A model generated the notes under the pieces. That model searched no databases, had not been told where the DNA came from, and saw only the letters and a list, made by a program, of their open reading frames with translations. Shown in pieces: positions 52,121 through 64,000 of a DNA stretch of 64,000 bases. Made by a program: the position numbers and the translations under genes. Source of the DNA: Octopus vulgaris (taxonomy: Eukaryota); the NCBI GenBank assembly GCA_951406725.2, contig OX597817.1, forward strand, positions 10,354,001 to 10,418,000. The letters run 5' to 3'. Every line of letters starts with the position of its first letter. Position 1 is the first letter of the stretch.

Positions 52121-53273
52121 AATAGACCTCAGAATTATTTTGTTGCTGTAAAGAACACTAGGATGAAATGTTCAAGGAGATTTGACTCTTATCTGTGGCA
52201 AATCAAGTTTGGTGACTGAGTAAAGGTTTAGTAAATGCACAAAGGATTGTCAATTACATGGAAGTTCAGCGGTCACTTAATGAGCTTAACGACATTAGAG
52301 AAAACGGGTAACAGTAAAGAAACTCTCAACATTAGCTTATTTAACAATGTATTTATCATCAATGTTAAGTTGCAGCTACTGTCGATGTGTTGGAAACAAG
52401 TGTTGACTATTCACATCTTGTCATTAAAACTTTACAAATGCTTAACACAAAGACACTTCATTCTCTCACTGTTTTTGTCTCCAGCCAAATACATTGAAAT
52501 GTAAATAGTGATCATGTCAGAATACAGTTCACTATGAAAGCAGTGTTATAATTGGTTAGTGTTGTTAACTTGTAGTACAAAACACAAATCCATCAAAAGT
52601 TTCAGTGAGGAGTTCTGCTAGGTTAATTTTCCCTTGTTAAAAGTTGTCATGGAAACCCACAGACAGGCATACATAGGCACAAGTTAAAAAGAAAAAAAAG
52701 AAAAAGGCAATCCTAATATGTTTTTAGGAGTTATTCACTTCCTGCCATCTCTGTTGGTGAATATAATTTCATCTTATTAAAACATGGTAACGATTTAACC
52801 AGATAGTACTTTACCTAAATATTTTCAACTTTGCTTAACATGAACAGGTGTTTTCACTAATAATTGATTGTAACCAAGATCATTATGAATACATAATAAA
52901 ACTTCCATAGAAAATCTACCAAACTGAACTAACAGCTGGTGTTTCTTCCCATACTGTGTCCTCAAATAGAAAAACAAAAATCAATGTTAACTGCCAGCCT
53001 AATTTTTTTGTTATCTATCCATGGGAACAATGCCTTTATTACTTTATTCATTTTTACCTTCAGGGTTCCCACATACATGCATTTCTCAGATTTGGGAGTT
53101 TTTTTCTTAACTTCCTGTGAGCAGTAGAATGGCAGAAATGTTAAAGCATTAAACAAAATGCTTTGTGGTATTCAGCCATATTTCATCACACTCTAAATTC
53201 AGATCCTGATGAGGGTGATTTTGTTTTTCATCCTTTCAAAATGTGTGTCCTTCTGCCTATGTTAGAAATCAAT

Positions 53274-53689
53274 ACTCTTTTACTCTCTTTTACTTATTTC
53301 AGTCATTTGACTGCGGCCATGCTGGAGCACCGCCTTTAGTCGAGTAAATCGACCCCAGGACTTATTCTTTGTAAGCCTCGTACTTATTCTATCGGTCTCT
53401 TTTGCCGAACCGCTAAGTTACGGGGACGTAAACACACCATCATCGGTTGTCAAGCGATGTTGTGGGGGACAAACACAGACACACAAACATATACGCACAC
53501 ACATATACATATATATACATATATACGACGGGCTTCTTTCAGTTTCCGCCTACCAAATCCACTCAGAAGGCTTTGGTCGGCCCGAGGCTATAGCAGAAGA
53601 CACTTGCCCAAGATGCCACGCAGTGGGACTGAACCCAGGACCATGTGGTTGGTAAGCAAGCTACTTACCACACAGCCACTCCTGCGCCT
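53274..53689 (-). mobile_element. SINE family A
   Basis: Reverse-complement full-length match. Confidence 0.92.
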
Positions 53690-55140
53690 CATATAAATAT
53701 TACTGGACACTGGTATTTTGGTTCAGGTGTATCCCATTACTGACAGGAAATGTGTTAATTCCTTTCTAGATTTCCTGTAATTCCAGTCTATTCTGCTCTT
53801 GTTAATTGCCAGGTTTATGATAAGTTTTCCTTGTTAATTTTCTCCACAATACATTTTAAGTGTTACATGTCTCAGCCTACCAAATGTCTTTTTAATGTTC
53901 ATAAACAATTATAACTTTTCCTTTCACTCAAAGAAGCCACACTTGGTTCCTTCTTTTAGCTATATCTTATGTTTTAAGTTTGTCAAGGATGGAAGAACAG
54001 TACCAATGACCTTTGCTGTCCCTTCCAGGCTAGTGAGACTGATGCCAAGGCCTGAATATCCACAGGTCAATGACTGTTAGAAACATAGGGTGGGTAGGTA
54101 GCTATTGAAGTGGAGGTAGCTATTCTGATCCAAAGTGAACTCTGCTAAAGACACTAATGGACCTGGTGTGTAATAGACTTACCACCCATTTTTGTCAATT
54201 TTTTTAGCAAATTAATATCAGCTGTTTCTGTTAGCCCATTGATGTGGTCACGTTTCATGGGTGGTAGACTTAACCAGGAAACCAATTTAATATTATTGCC
54301 TGGATCTTGGATGCTTTGTGGTAACCATTCCACTGCAAGTATTTGGGCCAGGTCTTTGATCTGAGGATAACCACCTCCTTCCCTCTCACTAGTTTTGGAG
54401 GCTCTGAAAGCTCTTGTAAATACTGCCTCCCCACTTCTGACTAAGACTTTGGGAACATTCTCAGTTTTAATAGAAGTACTTTTCAAACATTTTCTTATAT
54501 CAATGTACTATGTGTTTTGTTTCTTCTCTTTTTTCCTCAACTACTAAAACTGGTCTGCTTTGGAAAGCCTGTTTCTTTTACTTCCATTACTTATCAGTAT
54601 TTTTTCATACCTAATTCTCTAAACCTTCCTCTTTTGGCATTGTATACCTTATTCTCTTATCCCTCTTTTTACCGTTCTCCTTCCCTCCTTGCTTGGTTGT
54701 CATTTTGGTTCAGTTCCTTACTTCCTTCCTTACTTCTTTCTTTCTTATTTCTATTTTGTTACCTCGTTGCCTGCTCGGCTAGTTGGTCTCTCTCTCTCTC
54801 TCTTGCTCTCCGTCTCTCTCTCTCCATCAAATTGATCAATCTATCTGGCTATCTATTTATCTTTAAATATATGTACTTTTGAATTCTTCAAATTCAAAGG
54901 AAAAAGTACACAGTACAGAAATGCAGTGTAATTATTTGTGGTGATGTTGAGATTTCTCCAAGTACTAACAGTGAGTAGTCTCACAACTATATATATATAT
55001 ATATATGTATGTATATATATATGTTATACAATGTTTGTTTCTGTTGCCTTGTCTCTCATGTTCTCTATCTCTATCTTCAACCGTTTTCTCTTTGTGACTT
55101 CTATTTTTTTCAGCATTTTATTCACACCTTGTAAACTGAC

Positions 55141-55205
<65 letters not shown>

Positions 55206-55319
55206 GTTTTATGATTTGTGTATTTGTTATGTATTTGTCATATTCATATATGTTTGATACTTTAAATGTTTTTTAAAATAGCGGTATCAATAATTAATAT
55301 TTATGTTTAAAAATTTATT

Positions 55320-55355
<36 letters not shown>

Positions 55356-55732
55356 TAATTAATTTAAATATTAATTTTATGTATTGGCTTATGTTTTTCA
55401 TTGTTTGATTTGCCTAATAGTGGTTTTATCTCTAATTTAATATAATATGATATAATATATTTATACTATAAAATTGGATTTAAATCCTAAATCTGATTTT
55501 TCCCTGTAAGTTTGGATTTATTCCCTAATATTTTATTATATATATATATATATATATTATATATACAACAGCTTTATAAACATCATTATTTCGAGTGTAG
55601 TTATAACATATGTGTATCCTGTAGATTTCCTGTTAGTGATAAATTCTTATCTGAAGAATCTATTTTCATGTTTGTTTAATGTGCTGTTTTAATTCTCTTG
55701 GAAAAGGCATGTATGCTACACCTTCTCGGCTT

Positions 55733-55780
<48 letters not shown>

Positions 55781-56190
55781 GCTCTCATCGTTTCTCTCAT
55801 TCTGTCTATTTCCCCTTCTCTGCTTTTAGGTTTTTTTGTCTCTGAATAATAGATAATTCTACATGTTGTTTATATATTTGTATTCTATATGTAAACATTT
55901 CAAGTTTACCTTATCTATTTATCTTTCTATGCCAGTCAATAGAGGTATATGTTTTGTTTGTGACAGTGTAATTGATAATCCATTGATCTCAATTAAAAAC
56001 ATTCATGCATACCAGAACAATTCAATGACAGGAAAGTGTTTTTGGGTCACCTTTATGTAGTTCTGATGCTTAACAGCTTGTTGGAATGGAGTCCTTAATA
56101 CCTACATTTTTAGTGACATGAACCAGTAAAAGCACTATTACATGCTTGCTCATGTTCCTAGAAATGGCTACCAAATCTCACTCAGATCAC

Positions 56191-56415
56191 ACTCTTTACT
56201 CTTTTATTTGTTTCAGTCATTTGACTGCGACCATGCTGGAGCACCGCCTTTAGTCAAGCAAATCGACCCCAGGACTTATTCTTTGTAAGCCTAATACTTA
56301 TTCTATCAGTCTCTGCTAAGTTACGGGAATGTAAACACACCAGCATCGGTTGTCAAGCGATGTTGCAGAGACAAACACAGTCACACAAACATATACACAC
56401 ACATACATACATACA

Positions 56416-56490
<75 letters not shown>

Positions 56491-56629
56491 GACGGGCTTC
56501 TTTCTGTTTCCGTCTACCAAATCCACTCACAAGGCTTTGGTCGGCCCGAGGCTATAGTAAAAAACACTTGCCCAAGGTGCCACACAGTGGGACTGAACCC
56601 AGAACCATGTGGTTGGTAAGCAAGCTACC
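56191..56629 (-). mobile_element. SINE family A inserted into a family F repeat
   Basis: Family-F halves at ~56140-56190 and ~56630-56765. Confidence 0.9.
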
Positions 56630-58279
56630 TTAAAAATAAATATGTATCCATTAGTTGATGGAGATCATGAGACATTTTGTCTGAAAAAATTACAACAGGA
56701 TGATCATGGTTGTAACACTTGTGATAATAGATCTACTCCAACAAAGCTGATCTGTAGCTTAACAGCTTGCTGCCATATTTGATAATTGCTATTTCACCAG
56801 TGATTTGGAGGCCTCATACTCTATTTATTGGTACTGTGTTGTTTTTGATTGAGTCAATTATCTCTCATTAGCTTTGTTCATACAGCTGCTAAATGGTGCC
56901 ATAGGTAGGTACAAGTGTAGTATACAATTGCATTACTGTTAAGTGAAGAAAAATTAATTTCTAATTTAGTTTTTAGTTCAAGCAATACCTTTATAATATT
57001 GCATTTATAAGCCATGAGAAAATCACTGAACTAATCTATCAGCATGGCATTTTTATTATAAAAATAGGAAAAAAGGCTCTGTCTTTTTACTTACTTAACT
57101 TTGTCTATTGAGATTTAGATATTTAGTAGAATTTTCTTTACTGTTTTTGTATCTTGCAAAAATGCATCTTGACATAGAAGCATCAACAGACTTTGTGTTT
57201 GAAGGGTTAAATAATGTAGCAAACTGCATTATGTAAATTAGAATGCTTCTGTATATTCTCTAATGTTATACTACGTAGTTTTGTTGTAGACTATGACGAA
57301 AAGTCAGATAAATTGTACACCAAAAAAAGATGTTCAAGACAAAATAAGATCTTTTTAAAAGCAAGCATATTTAATGAAGGACTTTAAAAAGAAATTAGTT
57401 AATTAATGCACAACACAAGATCTTGTTAAAAGCTAGACATATTTAATGAATGGCTTTAAAAAAGAAATTAGTTAATTAATGAAATTAACAACAATCAAAA
57501 AAGAAGTCCCAATATTATTTTGGCTTTATTTTTTTCTACTGTAATATGAATTATTTAATCAATAAAAAATTTAATTTTGATTAATAAAAAATTAATCAAA
57601 ATACAAAGTTTACTGGTGTACAAGAAGAAATAATGTCACAGAATGGAAAATCCCAAAGAAACCTTTAGCTATTTCTTTTCCTCACAACACATCTTTTTAG
57701 ATAAATCTTTTTTTTTTTTTTTTTGAATTTACCCTTATTGGAGGCTTTGGTGACAGGGTATTTACACCTTCTCAAACTTATATATTTCGCTTTTTGATTA
57801 TTTTGCTTTTAAGGTTGTTTTTTTCATCTATTTTTCTTTTTTCCATAATTTTGAAGATTGTTCTTTGAAACTTTCGTATAAGAGTCATCCTCTAACAGTG
57901 TTATGGTTTCAGTTACTACTTCTAAAATCAATGATTCTAGTTACACATCTAAAGCGCTTAGAACCTGTCAGGTTTCTCTTATATACTCTAAATGATGCAC
58001 TGGACAGGTAAGTGAAATTAACTGTCTTATATTATCTACAGCTTAATTTCTTTTTACCAAGTACAGCCCCCACTTTTGATACCACATCAACTACACACAC
58101 ACATACACACACAGTCAATCTTACTTCATTTCTTGGATTATGTTTCTCATTAATGTTTTTCAAATGTCTTTGATCATTCAGAAAAGTTGCCTAAAAGCAA
58201 AATTTTCTTTCCTTAGTTGTGCTCCTTAAAATACACACTCACAACAATTTTACATGCAATGAGCATGTGTATCATTATA

Positions 58280-58585
58280 TCACGTGATCACGTGACCGAC
58301 CAGACCATCAGATGTTGTTACACATCACTGGTCACAATGCGTTCGCATTGTTTTAGCCTTCGAATGACGCCACCCCGCTGGCTAAGTGAGCAGGCCAACA
58401 GAAGAAAGAGTGGGAGAAAAAGTGGTGAAAGAGTACAGCAGGGATCGCTACCCCCTGCCGGAGCCTCGTGGGGCTTTTAGGTGTTTTCGCTCAATAAACA
58501 CTCACATCGCCCGGTCTGGGAATCGAAACCACGATCCTGCGACTGCGAGTCCGTTGCCCTAACCACTACGCCATTGCGCCTCCAC
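58280..58585 (-). mobile_element. SINE family B subfamily 1
   Basis: Reverse complement of the 26989 copy; 12-bp TSD GTATCATTATAT. Confidence 0.92.
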
Positions 58586-59346
58586 GTATCATTATATAGG
58601 ATGGAGTAAAGCTTTTCCAATCACATCAGAGCTTGTTTGAAAATAAACTTCCTAATCATTTTTTTATGTAACATGATACATATTCAAAGAACACTAGAGT
58701 TGGTAGCTTCCACTGAACCACATCTGTTACCTAGTTTCAATTGATGTTTAAATTATTTCAAACTAATTTATACTAAAATTTAATGATCTAATGCTGACAT
58801 AGTATTGTTATTTAAATTACTTTGAGCTTCGTAGTGATCTGAGTCTATTGTAGGTATTGTGAAGTTTAGTCTTTCTCTTCCAATATGTTTTCTGGCATCA
58901 TCCATGACTACCGAAAGAGAAGCTGAAGATCCTCTACAAAGAAGATCTTACCAGTTTTTTGTCCCAAACAACTTTTAAGAAATTAAAAGAAAGAAAAATG
59001 GAGAGGATGTGCCATAGCACAAGCAAAATATCCTGGAAAGCAGAGACTCTGAATAATAACTGATATAAGGCAGAGGTGGAGACTGTTTCATCCTGTCACA
59101 TGCTGACTTTTTTGTTGTGTCAGCATGTTCCTAATTTATGCTGTCATGTTGTTTGTAATAGGAAGGGCATCCAACCATAAAAACTGTCTCCAAAACAAAT
59201 ATGGCAATACAATAGCAAAGATTGATCATTTTTTTCTGTTGCTGTGTGTGCCAGATAAAGGGAAGCAACAGGTGGTGGGACAGTGTGAAGGACATCGAAC
59301 CCTATACCTGTGTAGAAAAATAGATTTTTATATAATGATGATGATG

Positions 59347-59507
59347 TAGGAGTGGCTGTGTGGTAAGTAGCTTGTTTACCAACCACATAGTTCTGGGTTC
59401 AGTCCCACTGCGTGGCATCTTGGGCAAGTGTCTTCTGCTATAGCCCCGGGCTGACCAAAGCCTTGTGAGTGGATTTGGTAGACGGAAACTGAAAGAAGCC
59501 CGTCGTA

Positions 59508-59572
<65 letters not shown>

Positions 59573-59782
59573 CTGTGTTTGTCCCCCTAGCATTGCTTGA
59601 CAACCGATGCTGGTGTGTTTACGTCCCCGTCACCTAGCGGTCCAGCAAAAGAGACCGATAAAATAAGTACTAGGCTTACAAAGAATAAGTCCCGGGGTCG
59701 AGTTGCTCGATTAAAGGCGGTGCTCCAGCATGGCCGCAGTCAAATGACTGAAACAAGTAAAAAGGGTAAAAGGGAGTAGAGT
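59347..59782 (+). mobile_element. SINE family A
   Basis: Full-length match; interrupts a segment that is duplicated at ~62603-62825. Confidence 0.92.
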
Positions 59783-60205
59783 ATGTCTAAAATTGTAAAT
59801 CCAGTGAAACAATTAATGACTCTTGCAAAAAGAAGTCTGACATGTGATGGAGATATCACAAACAAATTGTCACTGTAAATTGGTACTTAGAAGTCTACTT
59901 TAATCCTAACTCTAATAAACTCATATATTATTTATGAGGAGCTGTAAGTGAAGAAGAGCAAAATGAAGAATTAGGTGAAGCCATATGTTACACTTACTTG
60001 ACTTCCAGCCAAGAAACAGTAATATATAAACAAGATATATTGACCTCATCCATCATATTCAACAATGACACATACCACTGAAAGATTTTTACATAGATTT
60101 TCTGTTATCATAATGAGAGGTGGGGGTCCCTATGTGGTTGCACAACTTGCTACATACAGCAACCACTTCAAATTACATCCCACTTTCTGAAATAAAAGAA
60201 ACATT

Positions 60206-60366
60206 GGCGCAGGAGTGGCTGTGTGGTAAGTAGCTTGCTAACCAGCCACATGGTTCCGGGTTCAGTCCCACCTTGGGCAAGTGTCTTCTGCTATAGCCCT
60301 GGACCGACCAATGCCTTGTGAGTGGATTTGGTAGACGGAAACTGAAAGAAGCCTGTCGTATATATG

Positions 60367-60397
<31 letters not shown>

Positions 60398-60618
60398 TTG
60401 TGTGTCTGTGTTTGTCCCCCTAGCATTGCTTGACAACCGATGCTGGTGTGTTTACGTCCCCGTCACTTAGCAGTTCGGCAAAAGAGACCGATAGAATATG
60501 TACTGGGCTTACAAAGAATAAGTTCTGGGGTCGATTTGATTAACTAAAGGTGGTGCTCCAGCATGGCCGCAGTCAAATGACTGAAACAAGTAAAAGAGTA
60601 AAAGAGTAAAAAGAGAGT
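60206..60618 (+). mobile_element. SINE family A
   Basis: Full-length match with a small deletion after the B box. Confidence 0.92.
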
Positions 60619-60634
60619 ATTGATAAGCTAACAA

Positions 60635-61175
60635 AGAGTCACTATGTGATTGCTTGATCTGCTAAAAGTGGCAGTCAAATATTCTTCAAATCACACTCAA
60701 TAATTATAAATAAAGGTTACATTAGATCAGTCTACAAGGGAGCCTTTATGTAATCACAAAAAGAGCAGCCAAACCTCCTTTAAATCCCACTCAACCAGTT
60801 TAGTAAGGAAGGATACATTAGATAATGTGGCTATGATTCACTGAGTGTAGAGTAAAGACAGGATGGTCACAGATAAAACGTCTTTGATTATTGGTTTGCT
60901 CAGTCCAAGATAACCAGGTGTTAAACAAAATCAAAATGCAACTGTGAAATTATCAAGCAATGAGGGAATTTCGATGCAATCACTTGAACTGCAAGAAATA
61001 GCAGTAAAATCTCCCTCAAATCATACCATGATATCTTTAAAAATAGGATGCACACATAGAACAGTATAGTTCTAGATACACTGTGACTTAATAAAGATGG
61101 GTTGGCTATTGTTGGTATACTCTGGATCCTAAGCCTACTTGATCAGAGCTGAACTTAAGCTCAACATCAACAACT
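60635..61175 (+). mobile_element. Tandem cluster of diverged family F repeats
   Basis: Three GCAG(C/T)(C/A)AAA...AAATC(A/C)YAC heads at ~60660, 60765 and 61000. Confidence 0.65.
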
Positions 61176-61506
61176 CCCATTAACTACAACCACAAGCACC
61201 ACCAGTGCCACTACATCTGCAACAAATTAGATTATATTGTTATAATGAAGACTATATGTAAAACTTAAACACTCACTGACATGCAGGATGCACATGCAGT
61301 TTATAGTAGTATACCTGTGGTGCTGAACTGATAGGTTACTTTGTCATCATAATTGTTTAATGTTCCTTTTTCTGTACTGTCATAGGTTGGTTGGGTGGTT
61401 CAACAGGGACCAATGAGCCAGAAGGCTGCACCAAGCTGCAATGTCTGCTTTCTCGTGGTTTCTACAGGTGGTTGTTCTTCCTAATGTCAATCACTTTATA
61501 GAATGT

Positions 61507-61813
61507 TTTTTGTTTGTTCCTTCTCCAGCCATGCCTGGCTCATAAGGGCCGATTTCCCAGTTTCCTTGGTGTATAGGTTCCCCACCAGGACAGGACGCCG
61601 GTCCGTTGCAGGTGAGCTGCAAGATGCAGGAGGAAAGAGTGAGAAAAAGTTGTGGCGAAAGAGTCAGCAGAAGTTCGCCATTACCTTCTGCCGGAGCTGT
61701 GTGGAGCTTAGGTGTTTCGCTCATAAACACACACACCACCCGGTCTGAGATCTGAACCCACGATCCCTCGACTGCGAGTCTGCTGCTCTAACCATTAGGC
61801 CATGTGCCTCCAC
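61507..61813 (-). mobile_element. SINE family B subfamily 3 inserted in a degenerate family D element
   Basis: Reverse complement of the 50585 copy; 15-bp TSD CACTTTATAGAATGT. Confidence 0.92.
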
Positions 61814-62356
61814 ACACTTTATAGAATGTACTGTTTGCTTGTTTTCATGGCACTGTTACTGGTGAGGTCACTGAACAAGATTCTGCCCCCACCCCCAGCT
61901 GAGTGGGGTATAGTATTAAAGGTGGTGAAAGTATGGTAGACAGATATAGATAGGTGTCTTGCTGACGAGGGGAATACATGGGTTCCCTGGCTACGAAGAG
62001 GATAGATGGTGAAGATATAACCTCAAGGTACAAGGTGAGAGAGAATAAGGACAGAAAAACAAAAAGAGTGGATGGATAGGTTAGTTCACGAGACTGTAAA
62101 AAGAATATGACATGATTAGGGATGGGAAATGAGGGGGAGGAAAACTTACTGGTACTACAAGGGCTAATAAAAATTAATAGATAAAAAAACGAATAATTAA
62201 ATAGCAGGGCCACTCACCCTCAATGATAATAATAGCAAAATATAACCCCACTCTAAATCAAGGTTTCTAACAGAATAAGTAATAATTCACTGTTTGAACT
62301 CTCACATATTCTCTTAATTTATGCTCTCATGTTGTTTATAATAGGAAGGGCATCCA

Positions 62357-62602
62357 CAAATTAGCAATGAATTCCAGATTCTGCCATCATACTGTGTGCA
62401 TCTAAGACAAGTACATTTGCTTGCATCTCTGATATAGCCATATCTTTCGAGTGCGTTCATAGAATTGCCAGGCCAGAGACTATTGGAAATGTTACCTCAT
62501 CCTTGACGTGAAAGTCCTTCAGGTCATACTGCTTAAACTATTACCATCGACATCCATATTCACTCTCAAGCCATTGCTGGTCAAACCCTTCTCTAGTCTT
62601 GC
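62357..62602. repeat. 246-bp insertion duplicating 63794 onward, flanked by a 19-bp direct repeat
   Basis: ATAATAGGAAGGGCATCCA at 62338-62356 and 62603-62621; the insert matches 63792-64000; the minus strand reads LEKGLTSNGLRVN (RTE-like). Confidence 0.85.
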
Positions 62603-63129
62603 ATAATAGGAAGGGCATCCAACCATAAAAAACTGTCCCCAAAACAAATATGGCAATACAATAGCAAAGATTGATAATTTTTTTCTGTTGCTGTGTGTGC
62701 CAGATAAAGGGAAGCAACAGATGGTGGGACAGTGTGAAGGCAATCGAAATAATACCTGTGTAGAAAAATAGATTTTATATAATGATGATGATATCTGAAA
62801 TTGTAAATCCAATTAAATAATTAATGGTAATTGTTATTGCCATCAATTAACATCTGCTTTCCATGCTGGTGTAGGCTGGATGGATCACCACAGCCCAAGT
62901 TTTCTTATTCAAAGTTACTAATCATCTGCAGAAGTCAAAGGATTGCATCTAACTCTTACATATCGCTTCTGATTTGATTTCCATAGCTGAAAGCCCTCCC
63001 TTATTACTAACAAATTTTCAAAATGTATTGGATACATTTTATCATGACACCAGCACTAACTTATAATATTAGTAATCATAATATTTATAGTACTGTTGTT
63101 ATAATCATAACGACAGTAATTGTCATATT

Positions 63130-64000
63130 ATAGTGAACCCTTTTATAGACCACAAGGGCTTGTTATGTAAGGATCAGAACAAAAGCAAAAATCGAGGTCA
63201 AACCAAATACAAAGAATAGTGAGAGATTTATTTACTTCAAGTGAAAAGGATAGATCAGCAATAACAATAAAGGCACATTAAAAAATAAATAATACTGAAT
63301 AACAATAATGGTAATGTGCAATAAAAAAGAAAGAAAAGACCTACCAAATGGGAATGGAAAAGACAGCATAATTGATTTAGGACACCTCATGCACAAGCTC
63401 AGATTGTTGGGGCACACTTAAGACATGTGCCTTCTTCCAGTTCTTACCACCAACCTAAAAGCTCCCTAGTTAAAGCAGGCCCATTTAGCTGTGCTATTTT
63501 TACCAACTTTCATAAAACTTAATGGAGGGAAGTACCTTCTTCTCTACCCTTATATTCTTATTCATGTGGTACACGAAGTTGATGAGGGTTTCCCCTCAAA
63601 TCAAAAATCTTGTCTTCAAACCTTTCAACCACATCTTTCTTAAACTTTCTTCACCACAGCCCCCTAAACAGAGGAAGGCTACCCATTCTTCCTTGTCAAA
63701 GGAAGTTAGTAATCTGATCTTTCAGATTGACTTGGCTGAGAGCTGGATTACACTACACATAATAACTGTAATTATGTGAGGGACATAAATTCACAAATTA
63801 GCAATGAATCCCAGATTCTGTCATCATACTGTATGCATCTAAGACAAGTACAGTTGCTTGCATCTCTGATATAGCCATATCTATCGAGTGCGTTCTATAG
63901 AATTGCCAGGCTGGAGACTATTGGAAATGTGACCTCAACCTTGACTTGAAAGTCCTTCAGGTCATACTGCTTAAACTATTACCATCGACATCCACATTCA
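63130..64000 (-). mobile_element. Highly degenerate RTE-like LINE relic
   Basis: Weak similarity to the post-RT region of RTE elements; contiguous with the duplicated GLRVN-containing segment. Confidence 0.4.

Noticed and set aside
54154-54486. 110-aa minus-strand ORF
   Set aside because: No recognisable motif or splice context; probably a decayed repeat.
57857-58007. Perfect donor CAG|GTAAGT at 58008
   Set aside because: Candidate acceptors give 95 or 151 nt segments with unconvincing peptides, so it was left uncalled.

Overview
This is AT-rich, microsatellite-saturated eukaryotic DNA. Its repeat complement (tRNA-derived SINE families with CORE-like and Meta-like domains, plus RTE, CR1, R4/Dong and mariner relics) points to an octopus (coleoid cephalopod) genome. 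It is most likely intronic or intergenic. The only clearly recognisable protein ORF is a solitary, intronless H3.2-type histone H3 copy (14276-14686). It carries R8H, E97K, I130T and R131H and has no 3' stem-loop, so it is probably a young orphon or pseudogene. Several short splice-site-bounded + strand segments could be exons of an unidentified host gene (low to moderate confidence). The most notable unexplained structure is five relics carrying degenerate type-I hammerhead ribozyme motifs of the Penelope-like (PLE) kind. Two of them are fold-backs (about 220 and 620 bp) with a decayed ribozyme on each arm, and a third lies next to an inverted repeat. Other items: a ~550 bp non-coding element found twice inside (TTA)n next to an R4/Dong fragment, several long hairpins and inverted SINE pairs (possible ADAR substrates), and a locally templated insertion with a 19-bp flanking duplication. 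All alignments and folds were done by eye and coordinates of degenerate repeats are approximate.
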